64,000 nucleotides of DNA from Squalus acanthias (Eukaryota): assembly GCA_030390025.1 (NCBI GenBank), contig CM059432.1:148368001-148432000 (forward strand), read 5' to 3'. The translations under genes were made by a program, and so were the position numbers. The notes beneath the pieces were generated by a model, which was given only the letters and a program-made list of their open reading frames with translations, searched no databases and was not told the origin of the DNA. Shown in pieces: positions 12,973 to 25,207 of this stretch; the first letter of the stretch is position 1; each line of letters begins with the position of its first letter.

Positions 12973-13342
12973 GGAGGAGGGAGGGAGAGGAGGTGGGAGG
13001 GAGGGAGGAGGAGACAGGGAGAGAGGAGGAGGGAGGGAGGAGAAGAGGAGGGAGGGAGGAGAAGAGGAGGGAGAGGAGAGAGGGAGAGGAGGGAGAGAGG
13101 AGGGAGAGGGAAGAGGAGGGAGAGAGAAGGGAGAGAGGAGGGAGAGAAGGTGGGAGGGACAGAGGAGGAGGGAGGGAGAGAGGAGGAGGGAGGGAGAGAG
13201 GAGTAGGGAGGGAGGGAGAGAGGGAGGAGGGAGGGAGGAGGCTGGGAGAGAGGAGTGAGGGAGGAGAAGTGGAGGGAGAGTGGAGGGGGAAGGAGGAGGG
13301 AGAGAGGAGGGAGGGGAGGAGGAAGAGGAAGAGGAAGGAGGA
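12973..13342 (+). repeat. ~370-bp G/A polypurine low-complexity tract
   Basis: Almost only G and A, built from GGA/GGGA/GAGA units. Confidence 0.95.
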
Positions 13343-13440
13343 GAACATAAGAACATAAGAAATAGGAGCAGGAGTAGGCCAATCGGCCCCTCGAGCCTGC
13401 TCCGCCATTCAATAAGATCATGGCTGATCTGATCCTAACC
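13343..13440 (-). mobile_element. Short CR1 3' tail
   Basis: Same tail sequence as 8273-8360. Confidence 0.8.
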
Positions 13441-13459
13441 GCCAATCTACTATCTATCA

Positions 13460-15033
13460 CAGAAGGTGGAAGAGGAGAAGTGGGGCAAGTGGATCATGTT
13501 TCAGTGGGGAAGCATTTGGGAAACAGTGATCACAATATCATCAGGTTTAGAATAGTTATGAAAAAGGACGGATAACAATCAAATGTGAAAATACTCATCT
13601 GGAGGAGGGCTAATTTCAGTGAGTTGAAAGGATCTGCCCAGGTTGATTGGAATCAAAGATCGATTCGGGTACAGACTAGCTCCATGAGGGGGAAAGGAAG
13701 GGCATCCAAAGCTAGAGCTTCCTGAATGGCTAAAGATATAGGGGGAAAAATTCGGTTGCTTTGCGCCTCCCGTTAGCGCCCTAAGAGGACGCTAATGGGG
13801 CGCAAAGCAACAAGCACCCGAGCGCGGCGATATTTGCGCCGCTCACGAAATTAACTAGACATTTTGCGGCGGCGCTAAACACTACCGCCACAATCTCCTG
13901 CGCCGGCAGATCATGACGTCAGTCGAGCGTGCAACGCCCCGGACCAGATATTGAGCGGCGCCCCCTGCCTTTCCGCCTGCCGCTAGCAACGACAGGTTGA
14001 GGGGAGCGTTTTGCAGTCGGGAAGGGATTGGGGGAGCGCTATTTAAAGGCGACCGCTTCCTGCCTTTGTTTGTCACGTATTCTGAGAGAGAGAGAGAGAC
14101 TTCTGGAGAGATTCAACTCTGTGTGAAGGAGTTTTGGGTACTGAGCAGCACTTTGCAGGTTCATTTTGATTTGACTTTCCTAGCATCGATTTAGAAGAGA
14201 CTATGGGGGCTGCACTCTGAGCTCTTTCCCTGGGTCTTTCCATTGTTCTTCCCAGCAGATTTGATGTACAGGTCTCTCCAGGCTGAGATTCAAGGCTGCA
14301 ATGAGCAGGGTGTGGATGGAGAGCAAGATCAACCCTCCCCTTTAAGAACTGGCCGGCGCCAGTGTGTCTGTGTTCCATTGCTGGCTGACATCACATGAGC
14401 TTCGCCAGTGCTCTGAGGTAGCGCCTCGCTCCTCGGCGTTAGCGCCTTAAGAGAGGTGTGAAGCGTCTGATTTAGCGCTCCAATCACCTCCAGGGGCGAT
14501 AGAAGCCAAGTTTGCAGTCTGAGGCGATAATTAGCGCCAGGCGCTAAACTTTGCGCCCGGTCGATAATTGCGCCCAAACGGGGCGATACCGAATTTCTCT
14601 CCCATAGAGATTAAAATGAGACAGAAAAAGGAGGTTTATGATAAATATCAGGCTCCTAATACAGTAGAGAACCAAGCTGAATTCAGAAAGTACAGAGGAG
14701 AACTGCTAAAAGGAAATCAAAGGAGCAAAGAGAGAGTATTATAATAGATTAGTGGGTAACATAAAAGGGAACCCAAAATCTTTTATAAACATATAAATAG
14801 TAAAAGGGTGGTCAAAGGAAGGATGGGGCCGATTAGGGACCAGAAAGGAGATCTTCTTGTAGAGGCAGAGGACATGACTGATGCACGAAATGAGTACTTT
14901 GCACCTGTTTTCATTAAAGAGGATGCTGCCAACGTCACAGTAAAGGAGGAGGTAGTAGTAGATTGGATAGGATAAAAATAGATAAAGATGAGGTACTGAA
15001 AAGGTTGGCAGCGCTCAAAGTAAAAAAGTCATC
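13460..15033 (+). mobile_element. Degenerate CR1 ORF2 fragment (endonuclease-RT linker), split by a MITE
   Basis: Colinear with CR1 61990-62740 once 13741-14603 is removed. Confidence 0.8.
13741..14603. mobile_element. Harbinger-type MITE with ATA TSD
   Basis: 15-bp TIRs GGGGGAAAAATTCGG / CCGAATTTCTCTCCC. ATA at 13738-13740 and 14604-14606. Repeated TTAGCGCC subterminal motifs. Empty site visible in the paralogous CR1 near 62295. Confidence 0.88.
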
Positions 15034-15457
15034 CGGTCAGCAAGTGCTGGGGTGATGGGTGAACAGGACTCGGTGCAAGTTAGGATACGGGTGGCAGAGT
15101 TTTGAATGAGCTCAACTTTGTGGAGGGTGGAATATGGGGGGGCTGGCCAGGAGAGCACTGGAATAGTCAAGTCTATAGGTAATACAGGCATGGATGAGGG
15201 TTTCAGCAGCGGATAAGCTGAGACGAACGATGCTATGGAGGTGGAAGTTGGCGGTCTTGATGATGGAGCGGATTTGGGGCCAGAAGCACATCTCTGGGTC
15301 AAATAGGATGGCAAGGTTGCGAATGGTCTGGCACAGCCTCAGACTGTGGCCAGGGAGAGGGATGGAATTGGTGGCTAGGGAACGGAGTTTGTGGCAGGGA
15401 CTGACGACAATGGCTTTGTTCTTCCCAATATTTTGTTGGAGGAAATTGCTGCTCATG
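15034..15457 (-). mobile_element. L2-clade LINE RT C-terminal fragment
   Basis: ORF 15112-15456 reads MSSNFLQ..RNLAILFDP..AETLIHACITYRLDY, an L2-type signature. Confidence 0.8.
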
Positions 15458-15850
15458 TAGTAATTTTGCTAACAAGTCTATTATGTGACAGCTTATCAAG
15501 CGTCTTTTGAAAGTCCATATACACAACATCAACCGCACTACCTTCATCAATTCTCTTTGTTACTTCATCAAAGAAACCAATCAAGTTAGTCAAATACAAT
15601 TTGCCTTTAACAAATTTGTGCTGGCTGTTTAACCCATATTTTTCCAAGTGACAATTAATTTTGTCCTGGATTATTGCCTCTAAAAGTTTCACCACTATCG
15701 ACGTTAGGCTGACTGGACTGTAGTTGTCGGGTTTCTGTCTGACTCCGGCCACAGTCTTCCAATCCTCCTTAGATATGGGAGCAATGCCACAGGACTGGAG
15801 GATTGCAAATGTCACACCCCTGTTCAAAAAGGGGGAGGGGGATAAACAGG
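15458..15850. mobile_element. CR1 RT fragment with inverted 5' segment
   Basis: 15745 to 15458 (-) reads RQKPDNYSPVSLTS...YMDFQK. 15746-15850 (+) reads VFQSSLDMG..DWRIANVTPLFKKG. Confidence 0.75.
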
Positions 15851-16025
15851 CAGACAACAGGGCCTAAGTTTAACATTTCATCCAACACACAGCACCTCCA
15901 ACGATGTCGCACTCGCTCAGCACTGCAGTGAAGTGTCAACCTAGATTGTGTCCTGGAATGTGACACAAACCCATGACTTTGGCTCAGAGGCGAGAATGCT
16001 CCCGAATGAGCTGAGCTGACACTGA

Positions 16026-16465
16026 TAACAACAACAACTTGTATTTATATACCGCTTTTGATGTAGAAAACGATTCCAATGCACTTTGCAGTGGTGTACT
16101 CAGAAATAAACGGACATTGAGCTGAAGAAGGAAATATCAGCTTGGTCAAAGAAGTGGGTTTTCAGTAGGGTCATAAAGGGTGAGAGGGGAAAGTTGGAAG
16201 AGTAAAGGCAAGAAATTCCACATCTTAGGGCCGAGGCTGCTGGAGACACAGCCACCAATGGTGGGGTGAAGGGAGGTGGGTGCACAAAGGCCAGAATCAG
16301 AGGAATTTACAGTTTGGAGGGGGATGGTTGTAGGGCTGGAGGAGATTACAGCAATAGGGAAGAGCAAGGCTATGAAGGGACATGAGGATGAGAATTCTAA
16401 ATTGGAGGCACTGAGGAGGTTTCAAAGTCAATGTAGGTCAGCAAGGGCATGGATGGTAGGTGAGC
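16026..16465 (-). mobile_element. L2-clade LINE 3' end
   Basis: (CAA)n tail on the plus strand. ORF 16146-16367 contains TIGGCVSSSLGPKMWNFLP. Confidence 0.7.
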
Positions 16466-16490
16466 ACTCCTTTCCTTCTATGAAGACATT

Positions 16491-17031
16491 GGGGGGAATT
16501 TTCCCAGCCCTGTGGAGGCGGGTATGGATGCGGGACTGCCGGGAGAATGGCAGAAACCGGGAGCGGGTACCGACCCCGCTCCCAACCCACCTCTGTGCCA
16601 TCGTCCTGGGAGGCAGGTCCCCGACTCGCGCAGGGACCCGTCTCCTCGAGGCGGGAAGGGGATTATAGCCATTTAACTGCCCCTTAACAGGTAGTTAACG
16701 GGCAGTTAAGAGGATTATCCCCATTTTACCCCTGCAAGTGCGGGCTTCCCAACGGCTGCGAACCTCGCCAGGGTCAGCGAGGCGAGCAGTGGGTCTGCGG
16801 GGGTGAGAGGGATCGAAAAGTCCGCTGTAGAGGTGAGCGATGGGTGCAAGTGTGGAGATGAAACGTCATATGCAGACGTCCTCTGTCACCGGCTTTCCCT
16901 TAATTGGCGGGCTTAACAAGGTCAATCAAGGGAAAATAGCGTGGGTTGGCCGGACATCGTTGGGGGCGGGACTAAAACCCGACAACCAGCAGTCCCGCCT
17001 CCAACGCGCCCCCATTGACAAAATCCAGCCC
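16491..17031. mobile_element. Harbinger-type MITE with ATT TSD
   Basis: Ends GGGGGGAATTTTCC / GACAAAATCCAGCCC. ATT at 16488-16490 and 17032-17034. Related to 49349-50172. Confidence 0.82.
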
Positions 17032-17727
17032 ATTGATTCTTTGATGGGCCACTCCTCTCCTCTCCTCCAGACCCTCATCCACTGGTGGTACATAGTGAGC
17101 AGGTATTGTATGAATCATTGCTCCCAGCACAGACCCTCACCTGTGGGCAGCACGTATCAGAAACTCGGGTACAAACTGCCCACAATTTTGTGACTATTAT
17201 TTCTGACCAAAATGTTCAATTGGCATTGTCGAGGCTCATTGCTGGCAGTGCAGATTGATAAAATTACTCCCATTGGGATATCACAGGTGCAATCCTCACG
17301 ATTCTCTGCTCCGTAATGGACGGGGAATCATGGCCAACGAGCCCTGCAATTCCCCAAATACCTGCTCTCAACAGCTGAGCCTCCAAATCTGCAAGTTAAC
17401 CCACGTATGTTAGGTTTAAACATTTCCCAGCGATAAATGAAGAGTAGTTACCCATCCAGTCTACTCAAGGCAATCCCTTCTGTTCAATCAAAGGATCTAA
17501 CCTCAGTGACAGTCTGTCACTAGTTGGCTTAGAGTTGGATGATTTTTTGAATGAATTCAGTCAGGATTCCAGTCCAGGTGGCCAGCTGATACACTGAACT
17601 GAGTTTACAGCAATTGGATTATTTCTGAAGGAGTCATCCGGAGGTGAACATTTGCTAATATGGCAGGACTTGTCAATATTGAACTAAGCATTTATTCCAC
17701 AACCAAGAAGCTGTTCTGAGAATCATA

Positions 17728-19433
17728 GGCCGGGATTTTCCGTACCTCGGCAGGTCCCGGGCAGGTGATGTCGGTGGCGGGTCACGGCCCCGCTGCTGGC
17801 TCCATCCCGCTGTCTAAAATGAATTTACGTTGATTGGGCTTGTTAAGCCCGCCCAGCGCGTTTTCCGGTCCAATTAGAGGAAGCGGGTCTGGTGACGTCA
17901 TTCATGAGGCGTCATCAGCCGGTTTCCGTAAAGGGACCATGGCCACCTTACTTTTGACATTTGTGCTGTCAGTGTTCTACAGCAGTGAAGTGCTGCAAAC
18001 ACTGACAAGCACTGCACAGAGGTGCAGGGCTGCACCCAGGCTCTCCCATGACTCCCTCCATATGCTTATGGAGGGAGTCACAGCACGCAGGGAGGTTCTC
18101 TTCTCTTCCAATGGGCGGAAGAGACCTTCCCAGGAGACCAACACAGCCTGGTTGCACATTGCAGAGGAGGGCACAAGCAGGGATGTCATCAGAAGGACCT
18201 GGGTGCAGTAGCGCAAACCTTTCAATGATCTCATTAGATCACGAAACATTATTACAAAGCCACACTCACCTTCATCCTCCTGTGTCTCTCATCACATCCC
18301 CATCACTCTGCCTTCCCTACCCTACTCACACACATCCTTACTCACACCAACTTACCTTGCACCTTCACCCATACCTCTCTATCTACATTATCACATCCCC
18401 ATCTCACTAGCCACTCCTCACACTCACCCTCATCCTAGTGCAATCATACCAATTAACAACACACAAGGGTAGCCACTTGGGTGTTTTATCCAATGCTCAT
18501 GTAAAGTTTCTGTTAATGTGCTGTCAAACATTGAAACCTTTATTTTCAACACTTTGCATTCTTGGACAGATTTGTGTGCACCTTTGGAAGTGGCTTAGTG
18601 AGTTGCAGTGAATGGTGAGACATAACGGTACCCCCCGCAATGGTGATGAATGTGAAAGGAATGGCTTAGACATTGTAGGGATGCTTTATGGTGTTGGTGT
18701 GGGGTGGTGCCAACCTGGCACATCATGAGAAAGCCAGGGTGTACAGCGTCAAGTGAAGTAAATCTGGCCATGGTGAGGCTATCTCTGGCCTCTCGGGCAG
18801 CAATGTGGTCGGGTGCTGATGCCCTGTGCAGCATCGGATGATTGCGGAGGTTGGTGTTGTTGTTGATGCTGCTGGTGTGGGGGCTGATCGTGGTCCAATT
18901 TTGAGGACCAAGGTGAGACATGTTGATGGAATAGATGGCAGGTGAAGTAGAGATGACAGAAATATTGTGTCAATGGTGAGAGAGTTCTTCCAATGAGGTG
19001 AGAGTGGAAAGTGGAAAGCCTGCAGAATCTGTGCTGGAAATGGACTGAGAAACAGCTTGTGGCTAAGGAAAGTGATGATCTGTCAGGTGGGAGCTTTTAC
19101 TGTACATTTGAAGCTGTCAAGTAATCAGCTGGAGCAATGGCCACTGAACTCCCACCTCAGGTTGACAGACGTGGTCACTGAACAGTGTGGTTCCTGTGGC
19201 CATGAAGTTAAAGTTAAAAAGTAAGTTAAAAAGCCTGTTAAAGGTCTGTTAAGTAGATTATAATGAGTTTAATTGGGTCACCCGCAGCTGCCTGTCAGGT
19301 CTGCTCAGCGCTGAGAGACCCGACATTGGGAAAGGTGCGTTGCGGCGGGTTCCCGACCCACTGTCAAAAAAAAACACTTTCCCACCCGACCCACCACGAA
19401 TCCCGCCTGCTGACCCCCCAGAAAATTCTGGCC
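17728..19433 (+). mobile_element. Non-autonomous PIF/Harbinger element (~1.7 kb), second copy
   Basis: TIRs GGCCGGGATTTTC / GAAAATTCTGGCC. ATA TSD at 17725-17727 and 19434-19436. Myb-like RAAPRLSHDSLHMLMEGVTARREVLF...AWLHIAEE on plus; AAREARDSLTMARF on minus. Confidence 0.88.
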
Positions 19434-19436
19434 ATA

Positions 19437-21475
19437 TAATCATAGAAATTTATGGCACAGAAGGAGGCCATTGTGTCTGTGCCGGCTGATAAAGAGCTAT
19501 CCAGCCTAATCCCACTTTCCAACTCTTGGTCCGTAGCCCTGTAGGTTACGGCACTTCAAGTGCATATCCAAGTACTTTTTAAATGCGATGAGCATTTCTG
19601 CCTCTACCACCCTTTCAGGCAGTGAGTTCCAGACCCCCACCACCCTCTGGGTGAAAAAAGTTCTCCTCAAATCCCCTCTAATCCTTCTACCAATTACTTT
19701 AAATCTGTGCCCCCTGGTTATTGACCTCTCTGCTGAGGGAAATAGGGGCTTCCTATCCACTCTATCTAGGCCCCCCATAATTTTATACAGCTAAACCAAG
19801 TCTCCCCTCAGCCTCCTCTGTTCCAAAGAAAACAACCCCAGCCTATCCAATTTTTCCTCATAGCTAAAATTTTCCAGTCCTGGCAACATCCTTGTAAATC
19901 TCCTCTGTACCCTCTCTAGTGCAATCACATCTTTCCTGTAATGTGGTGACCAGAACTGTACGCAGTACTCTAGCTGTGGCCTAACTAGTATTTTATAGAG
20001 TTCAAGGATAACCTCCCTGCTCTTATATTCCATGCCTCGGCTAATAAAGGCAAGTATCCTGTATGCCTTCTTAACCACCTTATCTACCTGTACTGCTACC
20101 TTCAGGGATCTGTGGACATGCACGCCAAGGTCCCTTTGTTCCTCTACGCTTCTCAGTATCCTACCATTTATTGTATATTCCATTTCCTTGTTAGCCCTCC
20201 CCAAATGCATTACCTCACACTTCTCCGGATTTAATTCCATTTGCCACTTTACTGCCCACCTGACCAGTCCATTGATACCTTCCTGGAGTCTACATCTTTC
20301 TTCTGCATTATCAACCACACGGCCAATTTTTGTATCATCTGCAAACTTCTTAATCATGCCCCCTACAGTGAAGACTAAATTATTGATGTATACCACAAAA
20401 AGCAAGGGACCCAGTACTGAGCCCTGTGGAACCCCACTGGAAACAGTCTTCCAGTCACACAAACATGCATCGACCATTACCCTTTGCTTCCTGCCACTGA
20501 GCCAATTTTGGATCCATCTTGCCACTTTCCCTTGGGTCCCAGGGGCTTTTACTTTTCTGACCAGTCTGTCATGTGGGGCCTTGTCAAAAGCCTTGCTAAA
20601 ATCCATGTAGTCTACATCAAGCACACTAACCTCATCGACCCTCCTTGTTAACTCCTCAAAAAATTAAATCTAGTTAGTCAGACCTTCCCTTAACAAATCC
20701 ATGCTGACTGTCCTTGATTAATCTGTGTCTTTCTAAATGATGATTGATACTGTCCCTCAGAATTTTTTCCAATAATTTGCCCACCACCAAGGTTAGGCTG
20801 ACTGGCCTGTAATTACTCGGTCTATCCCTTTCTCCTTTTTGAACACCGGTACCACGTTAGCAGTCCTCCAGTCCTCCGGCACCATACCTGTAGCCAGAGA
20901 GGATTGGAAAATGATGGTCAGAGCTTCTGCAATTTCCTCCCTTGCTTCTCTCAACAGCCTGGGATACATTTCATCCGGGCCTGGAGATTTATCTACTTTG
21001 AAAGATGCTAAACCCTTTAATATTTCCTCTCTCACTATGTTTATCTCATCTAATATTTCACACTCCTTCTCCTTAACTACAATGTCTGCATCGTCCCTCT
21101 CTTTTGTGAAGACAGACGCAAAGTATTTTTTAAGAACCATACCCACGTCTTCCGCCTCCACACAAAGCTTTCTGCAGTATTGAACTCTCGGTATCTGACA
21201 TAGGCTTCCCTTTTTTGCCTTATCCTACCCTGTATACCCCTCGACATCCAGGGGGCTTTAGATTTGGGAGTCCCACCCTTTTTCTTTGTGGGAAAATATT
21301 TGCTCTGGACCCTCACTATCTCCTCCTTGAATGTCTCCCACTGCTCGGACACTGATTTACCTTCAAGTAGCTGTTTCCAGTCCACTTTTGCTAAATCGGA
21401 TCTCAGTTTAGTAAAATTGGCCTTTCCCCAATCGAGAACTTTTACTCCTGATCTCTCTTTGTCCTTTTCCATAAC
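19437..21475 (-). mobile_element. CR1 LINE ORF2 fragment (~2 kb, frameshifted)
   Basis: ORFs 21077-21472, 20793-21161, 19791-20624 and 19506-19778 are consecutive CR1 ORF2 segments including KFADDTK. Confidence 0.95.
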
Positions 21476-22323
21476 TTATTCCATTGTAACGTGAAAGAGC
21501 CTTTTTATGTTAGCGTTGTAGGGATTAATGACCTTGATTAGCACCAAATCTCCCTCGTGAGCCTGAACATTTTTACCGTTCAGTCAATCATGTTAAACAA
21601 AGCTCAGATCACTGTCTATAGAAGGAGAACAGGAAAATAAATCTGCGGCAAGCTGCGATTACACATGAATTCTTCCATACCACTGAGAGTCATCAAGCAC
21701 AGGACCAAGACCCTTTCTCAAGACAGGTTTTAATTTACCTTTGTCCAGCAGTACAAACATTCCAGCTGCTTTCTTTAGCATTTCAACTGATAAGCAATAA
21801 GAAGTTGATTTTCCCATCAGCTGGCGGCCAGCAGTCTTGGCAGCACCAAGAGTAAACTTGTTGACTATTACTGAACTATTGTAGCTGAAATGTTCCCATT
21901 GATACAATCCTGGATCAATGCCACAGTTATCAGAACTAAAGAAACACAGCGCTGGATAACAGTCGAGATCTACAGTGATAATAACCACCTGAGGATATAA
22001 GTTTCAGTGTTGCATGGCAAAGCATTCCTGAACCATGGGAACAGCAACAGAAACCACTTGGAATTAAAATTGCAATCAATAAATCAAAGAGGGAAAACTG
22101 ATGAGTTTGCAACTGTTCCCCTCCCTGCAGGAGAGTGCAAGCCAATTTCTGTACAAAAAAAACAAGCAAAACACAAGCAAACACCTCGCGTTCATCTCCC
22201 GAGTGAGAAAAAGCAAATAAACGACAAGTACCACACGCAACAGAGTGAAATCATCAAATCATTTTACACATATGTTGTGTTGCTTCATCAGCCCAGTGGA
22301 CAGAACCCTGACTCTGCTCTCTG

Positions 22324-24377
22324 GTGTTGAAGTTTCAAGGATGGCCGATACCGACCTATCGAATCGGATACGGACATGTCCCGGAGCTACGTACATTTCA
22401 CAGTAGGCAACATATTGTCCTGGAGTTTCCGCTAGGGGACAATTCGTCCCCCAAATCGACCAACCCGCGCAAAAGATCGAGGAATTCCAGCGCGATTCAA
22501 ACCACCACAAATCGAGCTTCCGCGATTTTTTGCACTGGTTTAAAAAACATCGCGCTGGAAGCGACCCAGCTCCCGCCCCCAGATCAAATTAATCACCACG
22601 GCGAGTTTCCGCTCATTGTACCCTATTGCAGGCCTATGAGGAGGCTCTTAAAATTAAGCTAGTTTTTTTATTCGTTCATGGGATGTGGGCGTCGCTGGCA
22701 AGGCCAGCATTTATTGCCCATCCCTAGTTGCCCTTGAGAAGGTGGCGGTGAGCCGCCTTCTTGAACCGCTGCAGTCCGTGTGGTGAAGGTACTTCCACAG
22801 TGCTGTTAGGGAGGGAGTTCCAGGATTTTGACCCAGCGACGATGAAGGAACGGTGATATATTTCCAAGTCAGGATGGTGTGTGACTTGGAGGGGAACTTG
22901 GGAGGTCATGGTGTTCCCATGTGCCTGCTGCCCTTGTCCTTCTAGGTGGCAGAGGTCGTGGGTTTGGGAGGTGCTGTCGAAGAAGCCTTGGCGAGTTGCT
23001 GCAGCGCATCTTGTAGATGGTACACACTGCAGCCACGGTACGCCAGTGGTGGAGGGAGTGAATGGGATGCCGATCAAGTGGACTGCTTTGTCTTGGATGT
23101 TGTTGAACTTCTTGAGTGTTGATGGAGCTGCACTTAACCATGCAAGTAGAAAGTATTCAATCACACTCCTGACTTGTGCCTTGTAGTGGGAGAAAGGCTT
23201 TGGGGAGTCAGGAGGTGAGTCATTTGCCACAGAAGACCTAGCCTCTGACCTGCTCTTGTAGCCACAGTATTTCTGTGGCTGGTCCAGTTAAGTTTCTGGT
23301 CAATGGTGACCCACAGGATGTTGATGTTGGGGGATTCAATGATGGTAATGGCATTGGATGTCAACGGGAGGTGGTTGGACTCTCTCTTGTTGGATATGAT
23401 CATTGCCTGGCACTTGTGTGGCGCAAATGTTACCTGCCACTTATAAGCCCAAGCCTGAATGTTGTCCAGGTCTTGTTGCATGCGGGCACGGACTGCTTCA
23501 TTAACTGAGGAATTGTGAATGGCACTGAACACTGTGCAATCATCAGTGAACATCCCCACTTCTGACCTCATGACGGAGGGAAGGTCATTGATGAAGCAGT
23601 TGAAGATGGTTGGGCCTAGGACACTGTCCTGAGGAACTCCTGCAGCTATGTCTTGGGACTGAGATGATTATCCTACAACAGCCACAACTAGCTTCCTTTG
23701 TGCTAGGTATGACTCCAGCCAGTGGAAAACTTTCCTTCTGATTCCCATTGACTTCAGTTTTACTAGGGCTCCTTGGTGCCACACTCGGTCAAATGCTGCC
23801 TTGATGTCAAGGGCAGTCACTCTCACCTCACCTCTGGAATTCAGCTCCTTTGTCCATGTTTGGACCAAGGCTGTAATGAGGTCTGGAGCCGAGTGGTCTT
23901 GGCGGAACCCAAACTGGGCATCAGTGAGCAGGATATTGGTAAGTAAGCGCCGCTTGATACACTGTCGATGACACGTTCCATCACTGATGGGGCAGTAATT
24001 GGCCGGATTGGAATTGTCCTGCTTTTTGTGGACAGGACATAGCTGGACAATTTTCCACATAGTTGGGCAGATGCCAGTGTTGTAGCTGTACTGGAACAGC
24101 TTGGCTAGAGGCGCGGCTAGTTCTGGAGCACAAGCCTTCAGCACGATAGCCGGGATGTTGTCGGGACCCATAGCCGTTGCTGTATCCAGTGCGCTCAGCC
24201 GTTTCTTGATATCACGTGGAGTGAATTGAATTGGCTGAAGACTGGTATCTGTGATGGTGGGGACCTCAGGAGGAGGCCGATATGGATCATCCACTCGGCA
24301 CTTCTGGCTGGAGATGATTGCAAACGCTTCGATTTGTGCCTAGATTGCCGACTGCGCTCAAATCGGAAACTCTACCC
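22324..24377. mobile_element. CpG-rich TIR element (probable Harbinger MITE) interrupted by a LINE
   Basis: Ends GTGTTGAAGTTTC / GAAACTCTACCC with CTG on both flanks (22321-22323, 24378-24380). Repeated CCAGCGCGAT/ATCGCGCTGG motifs. Confidence 0.5.
22663..24330 (-). mobile_element. Non-LTR retrotransposon of a third family (not CR1 or L2; clade uncertain, possibly RTE-X), RT to 3' end
   Basis: ORFs contain GPDNIPAIVLK, QFGFR, LDIKAAFDRVWH, MFTDD and YKAQVRSVIEY. Tail GGGCAATAAATGCTGGCC..CCCATGAACGAATAAAAAA. Confidence 0.85.
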
Positions 24378-24420
24378 CTGTACTTGCAAAAATACTACAT
24401 TTAGCTCCTGCATAGTTATA

Positions 24421-25207
24421 TAGAAACATAGAAAAATAGGAGCAGGAGTCGGCCATTCGGCCCTTCGAGCCTGCTCCGTCATTCAATATGATCATGGCTG
24501 ATCCTCTATCTCAATACCATATTCCCACTCTCTCCCCATACCCCTTGATGCCCCTTGTGTCTAGAAATCTATCTATCTCCTTCTTAAGTATATTCAGTGA
24601 CTTGGCCTCCATAGCCTTCTGTGGTAGAGAATTCCACAGGTTCACCACCCTCTGAGTAAAGAAATTTCTCCTCATCTCAGTCCTAAATATCCTACCCCAT
24701 ATCCTGAGACTGTGACCCCTCGTTCTAGACCCCCCAGCCAGGGGAAACATCCTCCCTGCATCCAGTCTGTCTAGCCCTGTCAGAATTTTATACGTTTCAA
24801 TGAGATCCCCTCTCATTCTTCTAAACTCTAGTGAATACAGGCGTAGTCGACCCAATCTCTCCTCATAAGACAGTCCTGCCATCCCATGAATCAGTCTGGT
24901 GAACCTTTCTTAGGTAAGGAGGCCAAAACTGCACACACTACTCCAGGTGTGGTCTCACCAAGGCCCTGTATAACTGTAGTAAGACATCCTTGCTCCTGCA
25001 CTCAAATCCTCTTGCAAAGAAGGCCAACATACCATTTGCCTTCCTAACTGCTTGCTGCACCTGCATGTTTGCTTTCAGTGACTGGTGTACAAGGACACCC
25101 AGGTCCCTTTGTACATCAACATTTCCCAATCTAGCACCATTTAAATAATACTCTGCCTTTCTGTTTTTCCTACCCAAGTGGATAACTTCACATTTATCCA
25201 CGTTATA
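24421..25207 (-). mobile_element. CR1 3' fragment, young subfamily, with an internal deletion near 24907
   Basis: ORFs 24511-24882 and 24938-25207 encode CR1 C-terminal sequence. Near-identical to 63336-63971. Confidence 0.92.

Noticed and set aside
12825..13460. Long Pro/Ser/Leu-rich and Glu/Arg/Gly-rich ORFs
   Set aside because: Artefacts of the stop-free G/A tract, which is open in several frames on both strands.
20032..20610. 192-aa plus-strand ORF and similar ORFs (8510, 12005, 12533, 54030, 58176)
   Set aside because: Antisense shadows of CR1 ORF2, recurring opposite each CR1 copy.
21659..21988. 109-aa ORF as a possible viral or novel gene (also 44515-45108, 29791-30321)
   Set aside because: No recognisable motif or splice context, and lengths are compatible with chance.
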